Below are positions 35,703 to 48,836 of a stretch of DNA of 64,000 bases, one piece after another. How positions within the stretch are numbered: position 1 is the first letter of the stretch; every line of letters begins with the position of its first letter. The notes beneath the pieces were generated by a model that had not been told where the DNA came from, ran no database searches, and worked only from the letters and a program-made list of their open reading frames with translations. Source of the stretch: Camelus dromedarius (Eukaryota); assembly GCF_036321535.1 (NCBI RefSeq), contig NC_087436.1:118980001-119044000 (forward strand), in the 5' to 3' direction. The position numbers and the translations under genes are program-made.

Positions 35703-38700
35703 CGGAGCCCTCGGAGGTGGTGGAGGCTGACCCACCAACTTCCCCACCATGCTGAGCCCTCAAAGCAGTGGCGTTGGTGATGGTTTAGCCACATGATTTT
35801 GGGGATTCGGACTTGGAGCACTTCTGAGCAGATGCACTCCATTTTTCCTCTCCGTGGGAGGATGAAAAGAGTCAACCTGTATGATGCCTGACAGTGGTCA
35901 CAGGCTGGAGTGGGTCGTGTCTACAGTGCATCGGGCCCTGTTCTCACTGGCCGTTCTGCCCCCACAACTCCCAGCGCAGGAGGTACCCCCCACTGCATGA
36001 ATGAGAAAAGCGAGGCTCAGAAAGCCTGAGTGACTCTCAGAGGCAGGGCTGGCCCTCAGGCTCTAGGGTTTTGCTCAGCACAGAGCCTGGATCAGTCCCC
36101 TCCGTGGCTCTCTGTGTGGAGAACAAGCCCAGCAGTGCTGACCAAGGTTTGGAGCTGCTTCACCATCCTGCCGAGCTTCAGCACCTGCTACGTAAATGAG
36201 AATTAGATATTTGTTCCAGACGGAGGCTTGGTGTGATGCCAGCTTCCACCCTGAGAAATCGCTCAGAGGGAGAAAAATCAATTGAACTATCTTTACAATT
36301 CTCCGGGTGCTAAAAATAAAGCAGAGGTCCATCAGCTGAGGCCTCCTGTGCAATCTGTTACCTTTAAGATGCTTCAAACTCAAGAAAAACCTCCCAGCAC
36401 TGCCTAACAGTCTCAAAATGTTGGTATTAAGGAGCGTGAGAGGTTGTTTAAACAGATATGGAGATGGCACTGGGGAAAAAGGGCTTCAAAGATCAGAGAA
36501 AACGCAGGGATTTCATGAAAAACAGCCTTCAGTATTTGAGGGGCTGTCGTCTAAGAGGGAAAATAATACTGGCCAACTGACAACCCCTGTATGCGAATGA
36601 TTCCTTCATTCCTTACAAATATCCATATGATAAGGAATTTGGCCCATTTTACAATCATGCAAATTGACGACAAAGGAGGTAAAGCAATGAATCTGGGCAC
36701 AATTCTGCCCGACGCCAGAGCCCAGATGGCTTCTCTGTAGCGTCAGGGGTCTTGGAGCCCCCACCCTGCAGCCTAGATTTACAAGGAGGCATCTGTATCC
36801 AAAGAGCAGATGGAAACGTGAACTTCCTCCCTCCAAAGTCGCCATCTACAACCATTCATAACCACCTACGATGCGCCAGGCCTCCATCATGTGTGGGGAC
36901 ACAGAGAGCTCAGATGGGGGTCCTAATCTCCAGGATTTCACCAGAAAATGCGGGCTGGAGGTGGTCACACTAACAGATGACAAGAGCCCAGTGTGACCAG
37001 GGAGTGTGGGCCCAGAGGGGCTCGAGCAGACTGGGAGGAGCGCAGAGTGGACAGAGCCGGGGTGACCGGGCCAAGGGGGCTGTGAGGGATGCTTGTGGGC
37101 AAACAGAAGCCAGCCAGCCTACAAGAGGGAGAGAGGATGGTCTGGAGAAGGGTCAGCGGAAGGCAGAGCACTGCTCCCACCCCTGGTAACATGAAGGAAA
37201 ACCCAACAGCCTGAAGGTGTGGGCAAATCTGATGCACAGGACCCCGGGGAGGTGGGCCGGTCACCAAGAGCTGCAGGGCACTGCTGGGGATTCAGACGTT
37301 CTCCAGAAGCTGACGGGGACCCACTGAGAACTTCACACAGGGGACTGGTGTGGTCAGACCAGAGCTCCACTGAGCCTCTCTAGCAGCCCAGTGGGGGGCC
37401 AGCTGGCTGGACAAGGTGGGATGCAGACAACAGTCCTGGCAAGTAAGGGGCGACCTGAGCTGGGCCTTTGATGAGGAGGAGGGGAGGGCATGATTCCAGG
37501 GCCAACAGGGGGAGAATGGAAAGGGCTTGGCACCTCTTTGCATTTTGTGGGTGAAGGAGGGGAAGGAGGCTGGGAACCCTGGTGGTGGATGCAAGCCCAG
37601 CATAGTGTATGTGCCCGGCACAGTGCAGGGGCTCAGGAAGTGCCAGGCTCCCCTCCCTCTGTTCAGAGCAGCCAGTTCTGGAACTAGAAGAGGAACGGCC
37701 CTCGGAGTCAGCTTTGTTACTGTTCTTACTGGTCAAAGCAATGCTTGTTTTTCTTCTTTATTAAGAAGTTTTTCTTTCCTTTAAAACTTTTGCTAAAGAT
37801 CAATTTTGCTTAAGTAGGAAGTGTTACTAGTTGGACACGAGATGGTAACACAGCAATACACTCTCAGTGGCTTTGAGGACTGAACAGCAGCATCAGGACA
37901 AATCAAGATACCGAAGAGCAAGACTTAAAGGAATGTGAGCCCCCAGGTCCAGAATCCCCCGGGAGGTCCTTGCTCAAAAGGTGTTTCCAAATTCAAAGCA
38001 ATTCCCCAGCTCGGCGTGGGGTCACAGCCGCCTCTCTGGCCTCCTCCCACGTTGGAAATGAAACGCCTTTTCTAATTACTCAGCTGCTATCAGACCCATC
38101 ATTGCACCTGCAACTCAGTGCCGACACCTTCCCGGCCAGAGGAGGCTGGACGTGTGGGACAGCGCCAGGCCTCTCTGCTCTGGGCCCCAGTGTCTTGTCA
38201 CTCTGGTGGCCAAGCAGCAGCAGGCCGTGGGGAGCGCCTCAGGCAGCACGTTCCCTGATGAACTCATCTAATCGGGGGAGGTTTCCAGGGCCCCACACAC
38301 CCTGGAGATGCCACTCAGCTCCTCCTGCCTGCCTAAGTGCTACTTGGGTTCTACAGGCAGGGCTGCCTTGAGCCTGGCCCCCGCGTCTCCAGTATTTTGT
38401 AAGGCACACCTCACCTGTCTCTAAGGGCCAAGATGTTGTATATTTTGATCAACTACCAATTCCTTTCCACAAAACTAGAGGCTACACACAGGGTTTAACA
38501 GAATACGTGGCAAGATCTGCAACCAGGGAAGCCCCTCTGGGTTCCCACAGGGACCTCCTCATCCACTGATGCTCCCTCTTGTCACTAGCCCTCACCTCCC
38601 TGCCTGGCTTAGATTCTGGGGCCAACCATTGTTTTCACTCCCTTGCATACGCCACTAGCCGACCAGAAGTCTGCACCTTCACTGGGCCAACCCACCACCC

Positions 38701-39326
38701 TGGCTCCCTTTCCACCCGCTCTGCACCTGCAGCCGGTTGGCGAATCGTGGCTGGAGAAAAACTCAGCCCAGCATGCTCACTGGTCCCACGCATTCCCCGC
38801 AGCACGTATCACCTGCTCACACGCTGGACATTTGACTTGTTTACTATATTAATGGTTTATCATCATTACATTATATGTCTGTTCCAGGAGGGCATGGGTC
38901 TTTGTCTATCTAATTCAAGCACTGGGCACAGGGCCTGGCACACAGCAGGTGCTCAATAAATCTACTGGTGAATGGTGTGCTCTCAAGCACACCGTTGGAC
39001 AGGGCACACTCTGTGTGTTTAAGATGGGGCCAGAAGGAGAAGCTACAGTAATGACTGGGCAGGACTGCCTATAGTCCTGGGATGGATCAGTCCTCTTTTT
39101 TTATTCACAGCTAACTTGTTCTAATGTCCTGTGGCCACCCATGTCCAAAAGACAGCTATGGTATAGCCCCATATCTATCTACAAAGTCTATGTTTTAACT
39201 GTCAATCTACCTCTCAGCCTCTTGCCCATGGCTATACTCCGCCTTACCCATCTCCATCTCTCCCTGGATCTACTCGGTCTCCTGGCTTCCAGACTTGTCT
39301 TCTGGAATCCAGTCCACCCACAGCCC

Positions 39327-39857
39327 TGAGACAGGAGGGAAGGGGGCAGGGCACAACCATTAAAAGAATGACATAGCCATTGAGGATGGGACAAATACTG
39401 GTTAGAACAACTAGGCCCAAGATGACAGAAGATTCCACTCCCAGGAGACCTTGCGCTTCATCATAGGCTCATTGTAATACATTAGCTGCTAAGTGGGCCC
39501 CCCACAGGCGCCATGACAGTTCGAGGATGGCCATAAAACACCAAAAAGCGGGCAGTGGCCCAATTCCTAAAAATCCCCGCCGCTTCCCTAAAATAGTTGG
39601 AGTAATCCTCCCACTTGTTAGCCTATGAAATCACCCAGCCCATAGAAACTAACGACCTCACGCCTCGGGGCTGCCTCTCTGGCCCTCTGAGACAGCCCGC
39701 ACCCCATCTGTGGAGTGCGTGTCTCCCTGGATAAACCTGCTGTCACTTCACTGTCGTTCGCCCCTGAATTCTTCCCTGCTCAAAGCCAAGGACCCTCACT
39801 TGACTCACCCGAGACCTGGGACACGACCATCCTCTCGAGCCCTACTTTCCTGCAACA
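39327..39857 (+). mobile_element. ERV1 solo LTR, MER41-like
   Basis: TG...CA termini; shares MER41 blocks gcgccatgacagtt, taatcctcccacttgttagc, cctgaattctt, ccaaggaccct and tttcctgcaaca. Confidence 0.75.
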
Positions 39858-40455
39858 AAACCACCGGGCAAGTCCTAACCTGCTTCCTGCTCAGTCCTCC
39901 CTGGTAGCCCAGACAGTGTGTGCAGACCTGGGTTACAGCAAGGATCACATCCCTGACACCACCCCGGTCAGGGCTGTGTCCCCGGGTGGCCCTTTAGGCC
40001 CTTGAGGAAGAAGCTGAGATTCTTTCATTCATCCCTGTGTCCCCAGGGCTGAACACGAAAGAGGCACCGGGAACTGATGGTTGAATGAAATGAAACATAA
40101 CCCCTTACACAGCTGCAGGGCCGTGGTTTTTAAAGGGCCCCGGCATTCTCGGTGTCACTGAATCCTCAAAACAGCCCAGGGGGATAAATCGGCCGGGGTT
40201 ACCGTCTGCATCCTGGTCCTAGGATAAGGAAACTGGGGCTCCGGGGTGGTGGTAGCCACTGTTCCAAGGCTGCAGCCCGAGGGCAGGGCCAGGCCTCAGA
40301 GGCCTGAACAGGAGCCCCAGCTCTGCTGCTGCCAGGGACCTCGGGCCCGCCCGTCTCCTGAGCCTGCGTTTCCTCATCTGCAAAATGGGGTAATGGTACC
40401 ATTACTGCTGCTTTGCTTTCGTGCCGTCGGGAGCACCAAGGGAGACTGTGAACAG

Positions 40456-40951
40456 TGTGGATGAAAACTGTTGCCTGCCGCATCAGTAAACAAAGGATGT
40501 CGCAGCCATCAAGCCACTGCAGCCGCCCGCTTCCCACCCCACGGCGAGCCCTGAGGGAGCTCAGGATGGAGACAGACTGCCCGTGGCCAAGCCCTTAGCC
40601 CAGGGGACTCAGGATGGGAAAGAACAGGACACCGGCCCCGGACAGCTGAGGCGCACATCAAAGGAACGGTTCCAAAGAGCCCAGACTCTTGCATCTTCCC
40701 ACACACAGAAAAGCGCTAAATTTATTAACTTGAGATGCCTGGTTTTCTTTAATTAACAGTAATCTTTTGATGTTCTAACTACCTGGTTTTTGTTGTAAAA
40801 CTCCTACGTATCCTGGCTCCTCCCTTACCTCTTCGGAGTAGCCCCTCAGAGCGCTCTTAGCAGCTGCTTCCTGGGGCTTGAAATCCTCAGGAAGTCTGCC
40901 GAAAAAATGTAATTCTCAACTTCTAGGTTGTGCATTGTTTTTCAGTTGACA
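40456..40951 (+). mobile_element. ERV1 solo LTR (MER34/MER39-like 3' end) inserted in a MIR
   Basis: TG...CA termini, ends ggttgtgcattgtttttcagttgaca; 4-bp TSD acag/atag with one mismatch. Confidence 0.7.
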
Positions 40952-43322
40952 ATAGGAAGCTGCTCTGCAAACTGTAGAGTGCTGTGAGGGAAGCTGAGGC
41001 CGGCCAGCCGCCGTCTAGTGAGTCCCACACCTGCCCCATTTGCAGCCCTGGGGCTCCTGTGTGACTCCTCACTGTATTCTGCTGGAAGCCGGTCAGCGCC
41101 TCAGACACGGCAGAGAACGCCTGTCTGTGCCCCCCCTCCAAGGAGGGCCCCCAGCTCCTGGGCAGTGCCTTTTTCTCCTGAGACCACCCCTTGCACCTTC
41201 AGTGGGGGGTGGAGTGGACCCCCTCCGGCACCAGGGAAGGGCCTGACCAACCAGAACACTGCTCCCCCACAGTAATGGGTGCAGGGGTGCCCCTGAGGCC
41301 CAATTAGAGCTTGTGGGGTGCTCATGGGGACAGTTCAGAGAGAGCTGGTCTCCTTTCTCTAGTACTTTATTCTGGGAGGGTGGGGCCTGAACTGCTGGTG
41401 TCAACTCACTGCCATGTGGAGGCTGAAGCCATAGCAGAGAGTGGAAGCAAGAAGCAGAGAGAGCCAACCGAGGATACTGAGCCCCTGGATCCACCTGTAT
41501 CTGCAGCTCTTTTGCTTTCATAAGTCAGTAAATGTGTGTGCTTTGCCTGAGCCAGGTGGAGGGAGGTGTTCTGACCCTTGACTAACTGGTGCCTAAGCAG
41601 GGGTGGGACCTGCTGGGATTTCAGCTTGGATGGACGAACAGCCCGGCAGATGCCCAGCCCAGCCCTCTCCATCCAGCCAGACTGAGCTTCCATCCCTTGA
41701 AGCAGATCCAGCCCCAGCTCCTCCTGGAACGTTCCTGACCACCCCAATCCACATCCACCCTGCCAGCACTGAGCACTGGGAAAGGGGAAGGAGACAGATG
41801 CTAATGTTTCTTTACACTCTTTAAGCAAGGCTTGGGGTTGGTGCATCTCAGAGGGACTCACTGAACACAGGCTGCGGTCCTGCTGCGGTCCTGTGGGGGA
41901 GGGGTTGGTGAGGAGACAAGGGCTCAGAGGAGTGCAGTGACTTGCCAAGGTCACAGAGCTTAAGGTGGCAAAGGCAGACTCCCAGCCACTCTCACTGTCC
42001 CTGAAACCCAGATGTTTGCCACTCACCCTCTGGCTGGACTCAGGGAACATCGGTACTTGCTCTCAGTCCCTCCCAGCTCCTGTCCTCCCAGTTCCAAGGT
42101 TTCCCTGCCCCGGTCTCCAGCCATTTCCTGGCTTTCAGCAATTTGTCATTCCTTCTCTTCTCTGAACACCCCAGACCGGCTCCCTCCTCCTTCCTTACTC
42201 CCTCCCCACCAATCTGGCCTCTGCTCCAAGGGACACAGTCGGCTCCTGACCTGTGAGGCAGCAGCAGAGCAGCACGGCCCCTGTGCTGGGAGCCTTGTGA
42301 CCTCAATTCCTGGTGCCCAGGGCTGAAAGCACCCAGCGCCGAGTGGATGCTCGGGGACAGCTCTCAGGGTCCTCCCATCTCTTTCCACCACTGTCTGGGT
42401 GGCATCCTTCACGAAGGGCAGTTTGGTGGGAAGATTGGAAATGGGGACTCAGGACTGGAGGGCCACTGGCTGCATGAGCTTTGAGCAAGTTAACTGGGGC
42501 TCTCTCCGCGACTCGGCTTCCTCATCGTAAAAGAGGATCATGACAGTACTGCCTCCCACGGGCGCTGTGGGGATGAAGCGCGTGCACGCCAGCACACGGT
42601 AACATCAGGCATGGAGCCTCACTGTGCATTGTTATTGTTACTAGTCTGCAGGGTAGTGACACCTTGGTAACCTGCCTACCCTCTCCACTGCAGCCCCCGC
42701 GGGGCCAAGCCTCCACCCCTCCCTAGGCCTTTGTTCATGTATCAACAGTTCTTTCTCACCAGTCGGTGGGGGCTGAAGTCAATCTATAATCCTATTGTCC
42801 CAGTTTGTCCAGAAACAGGGGGCCACAAGCAGGGCCCTTCGCTTTGACCCCCTCCAGCTGGGCTTCTGACACCCCAGTTATCTCTCTAAGCCCAGGGGGA
42901 GACCCCAAAGCTGTCTGTCAAACACTGATGCACCTGCCTCGGACCCAGGGACGAGGGTCTAGAGAAGCCCTCAGTGGACTGTCTCAGGGCCATCGGCCAT
43001 CCCCTGTCCGGGAGGGCTCACCCAGGACTCCGTCTCCTCCCCAGTCCCCGGTGGGGGCCCCTGATGACAGGATCATGGCCACCCCGGAGGAGGCGAAGGG
43101 TCAAATGTAATGCTCAGCAGCCACGGTTTTAAAGTTTTCATAAATAAACTCACCATGATTCCAAGTCATTCACACACCGTGAGTCAGAAGGCACCTCACT
43201 GAAGAAGTCAGACAACACAGAAGCCCTCAGGCCAGCTGGCCTACAACCCGGCCAGCTGAGCCCCAACCTGGGAGCCACCCTGCCTGCAGAGCGGACAGCG
43301 GGGCTGTGGCAGGAAAGGATAC

Positions 43323-43500
43323 TGAAGCTCCGGTCGGTGATGGCCAGGTGCCAGAGGTTGATGCGCAGGTCGTCCGCGGACATGTACGTCTCGCAGTCGC
43401 TGTTGACGGAGATGGAGTTGATGTGGTAGGTGTGGCCATTGGCGAAGACCCTCCGTGGGCTCACCTCCACCATCAGGTCCATGGGCTTCAGCACGGGCAC
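43323..43500 (-). CDS. PPP2R2C: PPP2R2C coding exon 5 (178 nt; [59 protein letters not shown](N))
   Basis: Lies within ORF 43150..44139; B55 signature [19 protein letters not shown]. Acceptor ctctgcag|GTG, donor TTCA|gtatccttt (U12-type). Confidence 0.97.
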
Positions 43501-43827
43501 CTGCAGAGCAGGAGAGGTAGTCAGAGCTGGGTGAGAGGTGACGGGGGAGGAGTGCGGGGGGCAGGCCACTGGCAGGGCGGCTGCAGTAAGAAACACCCAG
43601 GGCTGTGCGATCAGAACAAGATACCAGGAGGGCAGTGGGCGTCTGTCCCACATGTGTCGGAAATAAGCAGTGCCACACACTGTGTCCATCACCACCAACC
43701 CTGCAGAAAAACCTGCCTTCTTTGCTTGGCCTCCTGGGATTTGTTCTGAGCCTGCTGTGTGACTTTGGATAAGTGGCTGAACCCCTCTGTGCCCCAATTT
43801 CCTCATTTCTAAAATGGAAGAAGATAC

Positions 43828-44200
43828 TGTGGCAGAGTTAGACTGTCCACCAAACATTTGTGTCTCCTCATCTGGGGGAAGTGGCTGCCCAGGCAGGGAC
43901 TGAATTTCCCAGCTGCCCTTGCAGCTGGGTGTGGCCACATGACTGAGCTGACTGATGGGGCATGAGCTCAGTGGGGCCTGGCACTTGGAGGCCCAAGTGG
44001 TTAAGAGGCAGGTGTGCCTTCTCTGCCCCTTTCCCCGTCCACAGTGGGACGGTGAGGACCCAGGCTGCAGGGACGGAGGCACGGGGTGGAAGCAGGCTGT
44101 GCCCTCACGGGAGAGCTGTGTGTGCATCAGGACGCCCACCTGGCGTGTTCTGCCAGTGAGGGTTACATTTCTGTGCGCTCTGCCTGGAACACTGGGGTCA
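43828..44200 (+). mobile_element. Old ERVL LTR (LTR16-like)
   Basis: atttcccagctgcccttgcagctgggtgtggccacatgactgag block typical of the LTR16 group. Confidence 0.55.
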
Positions 44201-45214
44201 TTTCCTACAGCTGCTGGGGTTAGTCCGACTCCTACCTCAGAGGGCTAGTGTGCAGAGCCCCGGAGACAGCGTCCGGTAGCACAACTGTGCTTCCGTCCGT
44301 GCCCCCTGCCCAGAACACTCACCCCCCTGGGACACTTGGTGAACCTCAATTCCTCCTAAAAGAGCTGCAGCCTGCCTGGTAGGGGTGTCACAGCCCTGTT
44401 CACCCCCAGCACGCCACACACATCTCCATCGGGGCTCTCGGCAGGCTCTGCGGGGTGTGCTGGGCAGGACTCCTCGTTCCAGTAAACTGTGGGGTCCTCT
44501 AAGGTACAGACAGACAGACATGGCCTCATCGATCTCTCCCAAGCCTGGCCCAGAGTTGAGGGTAGGAAATGGGGGCAGGTCACCCCCATGTCACCGATGA
44601 GAAGACAGGATGCCACGGCGAGCCTGACTTCCTAAGTCACAGAGTCAGGAAATGACAGACCCCAACCAGAACCAGGTGTGATGCCCCCGAGGTATCACGG
44701 TGCAAAGGTGCAGGCCTGACACCTGACCGCCGCTTCAGTCCTGCCCTGCCACTTGCTAGTGTCACCTCCACAGGGGCTTCACCTCCCTGGGACTCAGTTT
44801 CCTTATCTGTAACTGGCTAATGCTGGTGCCTGCTCAGGGTCCTTCTGTGAGGATCCCACAGTCAAGTGCTCCTGGAATAACACTTGGTACAGAGGGGAGG
44901 GGACTACAGGTGGCTGGGCCAGGGCTCACACTGCCACACAGTGTCTGGGGTGGGCACAGGGTGGGCACTGGGTGGGGATGGTGCAGGGGCGATGGGAACT
45001 GTGCCAAGGAGAGAGGCAGTGAGGTCGGAGAGGAAGGAGGGCAGATTTTGGTGACAGGCAGTCCAGCCCTCTGCCAGGTGGCTGCGGGGCTCCTGTGCCC
45101 CAGGCAGCCATCACCAGGTAGACCTGCCTGAGTCCGATCGGGACTGGGTGGGGGCAGGCGACGGGGTCCTACTGCTTGCTCTCGAGTGGGAGAGGAGCAA
45201 TACACTGACACACG

Positions 45215-45217
<3 letters not shown>

Positions 45218-45245
<28 letters not shown>
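45218..45245. repeat. (TG)n microsatellite
   Basis: Directly visible. Confidence 0.95.
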
Positions 45246-48200
45246 CTGTGGTTTCAGGCAGCGGTAGGTGCTAAGGAGAAAAATAAAACAGGCGAGGGCA
45301 CCGGGCAACAGGGCAGCAGGCTGAAAGGGCGACCGGGAGGTGGCGTATGACAAGAGATTGAAACAGGCTGTGTGGGCTGGACTCGGGCTGATGTGGGATC
45401 TAAGAGAACCTCCTTCTCCCAGGGGACCTCCCCCCACCCGCTCCCAACTCTCAGGCTGGGCCCGGGGCTCCCCTGGGCTCCCTGGCCCGGTAAGTCCCTC
45501 ATCACAGCCCTGTCCACATCATGAGTTGTCGTTTGTTTGGTTTGTTTCCCCAGTGGACTGGGAACCAGTTGGGGGCGAGGCGTGTCTTTCCGTGTTCATC
45601 TCTGCATCTCTGGTACTCAGCCCAGGGCTGAGTCCTCAGAGAGGTCCTCAGGTGAAGGGATGAACGAGCTGGTCTTGAGCGCCCTGGGGGCCAGCTGAGA
45701 TGGGAGGTGACGGCTTTGATGCTGCTGGGGGGGGGTGGGCAAGCACAAAGGCAGCTCTGCAGACCTTATCAGAGGTTGTCTGTACCGGGGCACCGAGCGT
45801 GACCACGTGTGAGTGTGTGAGCCTCGGTGTGCATGCACGAGTGTGGGTGAGTGTGACCGTGCGTGCACGTGTGTGCATCGGTGCGCATGCCTGTCTGGCT
45901 CTGGGTGGTCCTTGTGTAGAGTCTCTGTGCTTCCAGACTGTGTGCCCAGGAGTCAGTGTTGGTGTGTCTGGCCCATCTAGGGGACCCTCCACCCAGCGCA
46001 TGCCCCCAGGTGTGAGACAGTCTAAGGCAGTTCCTGTCCCTTCCTGTCCCTCAGGGCGCAGCCACCCCCTGCCCTAAGGATCCTTGGACTTTCTTCTCAC
46101 CACACCTGCTCCTGGAGGTCAGAGAGCGTCCCAAGCCCAGCAAAGCCTCAGCATCTCAGGCTGCCTCCCTCTCCTTCCAGCAACACTGTTTTCCCCGCGG
46201 CCTCAGAATAGTTCACTCAGTGCTCCAGCCACTCACTGCCACTCCAGGCCATGCTTCAAAGCCATTAAACAGAGAGAGGAGAGGAAGAGGGAGGAGAAGC
46301 CTGCCCTGAAGGTTTGGAGGTTTCATGAATAAATCTTTCCCTCCACCAGCTCTTCTGGGAGGCACAGTCTAGTCAAGGTGCAGGGCAGGAGGACAGACAC
46401 ATGACACTAAGGACAGAGAAGGACGGGATACAAAGGCTAGAGTGGGCAGAGAAGGATAAGGATTCATCTGGCTCATGTAGAAAAGGCTTTACAGGGTGAA
46501 GGCTGATAGGGTTTTAAAGGCTGAATAGGAGTTCACCAAACAGACAAGGTAGAGAACAGTCTCTTTGTGTGTCCCTTTGTCACAGTGCTGACCTCCAGGG
46601 TAGGAGTGACTTCATGTCTACTTCCTTGGGGGGCTGGGTAGACTTTGGGGGGGTAGGCACTCAGTCTGATCTTGCTCAGCTCTGGGCCCCAGAGACCTAG
46701 CACAGGGCCTGGCACTGAGCAGGTTTTTCACTATGTAATAGCTGCCTCCAGCATGAACAGCACAGCACAGATTAGGCAGAAAACTGCACAGGGTTGGGGA
46801 GGCTTGGGTGAAATGGGGGAAAAGACAAGGCTCCCATGTTCTTTCTCATTTTCTTCCCCTCCAGCCTCAGTTTACAGTTAAATGCCATCTTGGGATGTGT
46901 GTGTGACATACAGAGAAAAATCTCAGACTCTGAGAGGGAAATAACGGGAGTCTCACGGGCCACTGGCTCTGCCGCAAACGCCAGGCCAATCAGGAGGTGA
47001 TAATTGCATCCCTCCCAGCAAATGAAACCCTCATAAACGTTCTTGGGGCTCCAGGTGGGGGTGTGTGAAGCGGGGGGCACCATCACTCCTGTGACTCAGC
47101 ATCGAAGCTAACTGGCTTCCATGTGTTCTCAGAATTTATTCGTGCAATTTGCCAGTCATTTAGGGACCAACGTGTTTAAGCACTTACTCCTCCTTCTGGG
47201 AGCACCACTGATTGCGTGACAACTCGCTGGATGCTTAGTGCGGGCGCCTGCTGAATTGTTGCAGAAAAAGCCAGCCGTTGTCTCCAGTTTGCTGGTGAGG
47301 AGACTGAGGCATGGAGCAGGGAGACGCCCACGGCCACCTGACCGGCAGTGGGTGGATCTGTGAGCAGTCCCGGAGCCTGGAGAGGCACTAGTACCGCCCC
47401 CGAAGCGGACAGCACACACACACAGCTAAGGCACAGACCCGGGGAACAGCTTTCCCTGACGTGAACCCGGCCCTTTCAGATTGGCTGGAATGTGGAAACT
47501 GGAGCCGAAGAGACCAGTCGCCTCCTAAGGCTCCTTCACGGGAGGCTGAGGCCCCTCTCTGAGCAGGGCCTGTCCCGGGCTTACACCAGGTCCGCCCTGG
47601 GCTCTGCATTCACTGTAGCCTCTCGGTGCCTAGACCAGGGCCAGGGGCACAGCAGGTGCTCAGTAAGCGTGTGCTGAATGGATGCATCCGCCTGTCCTCA
47701 CCTCCAGCAAACACGTGGGGGGCTGAAAGCACCCCCCACCCTGCCCTGTTCCAGGCACGGTTCTGGAAGCCAGGGACAGATAAGGTGGCCTCAGTGCGCT
47801 TCCAGGGTGCCACTAACCATCCCTGCAGCTCCCCTGGGAGGCAGAGACCTCATTTCCACTTTATGGAGGAGACTGGGGTGCAGACTCTGGGGCAGACTTC
47901 CCTGGGTTGGATCGAGCTCTCGGTTTCTTCATCTGTAAATTGGGGATGATAATCACGCACCCACTTAAAAGGATTTTGCTGAGGACCAATGGGTTTTTAT
48001 AGCCAGAATGCTTGGGAGACCCTTGCTTGCCAGGAAGTGTTCATTCTTGTTCCAGAGGAGGAATCAGAGGCTTGTGGAGGCTGGGAGCCCTGCCCAGGGC
48101 CACACCACCAGGAAGCGGCAGGGGCAGGATTTAAACCCAGGTCCTGTGACTCCAGAGCTCTCATGTCTCACAGCCTCTCTGCTGGAAGAAAGGTGAGTCC

Positions 48201-48723
48201 TTTTGCTTTGAATCGTGCTGGGGGCAGAAGCTGGCCTTCGCTCGGCTCTGCTTTCTGACCTGTCTCTCAAATCAACAGCAATCTTTGCAGCTGAGCCTTT
48301 GTAAAGGCTGCAAGAATCCCAAGTTCCAGCCATCCCTCTGCCCCTCAGCAAAGCACTTGGAACACACAAAGCTCTGCTCTCAGGCTCTCCTGGCTCTGCC
48401 ACTCCCTCAGCTGAGCCGCTCTGGGTGAGTCACTGGGCCTCAGTTCCCTCTTTGTACAACAGGGGTTAGAAGATACGCGCTCCAGCCTTGGGTGTAGCAG
48501 AAAAGGACTTCACGGACACGCGTCACCTCGCCTCACCCTCACACAACTTCCGGAAGAGATGATCACCTCTGCTTTGCTGGGGAGGAAACCGAGGTGCAGG
48601 GCAGGGGAATGACCGCGGCCGCCCAGCAAGGAAGCAGCCTGGCTCAGGCTCAGGCTCGGGAAGCGACTGGTTCGCATCTCACAGGCCCTTCCAGGCTTCA
48701 CTCCGCCGCGTCCGACAGCCTAC

Positions 48724-48836
48724 CTGCAGCGACGTCACTGTGGACAGGTCCTTGAGTTTCCCCTCCTCATCCTTCAGGTTGTAACCCTCGGGCCTCTTGT
48801 CACGCTCTGTGATCTTCCACAGTTTGATGGTTTTAT
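48724..48836 (-). CDS. PPP2R2C: PPP2R2C coding exon 4 (113 nt; (D)[37 protein letters not shown])
   Basis: Lies within ORF 48679..49044. Acceptor gtatttaaag|AT, donor CAG|gtaggc. Confidence 0.97.

Larger units (their letters stand above)
25373..43322 (-). other. PPP2R2C: U12-type (minor spliceosome) GT-AG intron 5 of PPP2R2C, 17,950 nt
   Basis: 5' splice site GTATCCTTT (43322-43314). Branch site TTCCTTGAC (25393-25385) with the A about 14 nt from the 3' end. No polypyrimidine tract. Confidence 0.95.

Noticed and set aside
43447..43449. Val in [10 protein letters not shown] (Ile recalled in human)
   Set aside because: Conservative change; Val is recalled at this position in the beta paralogue, so it is unremarkable.
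43150..44139. 329-aa minus-strand ORF as a standalone gene
   Set aside because: Only 43500-43323 is B55 coding; the upstream part runs through LTR16- and MIR-derived sequence.
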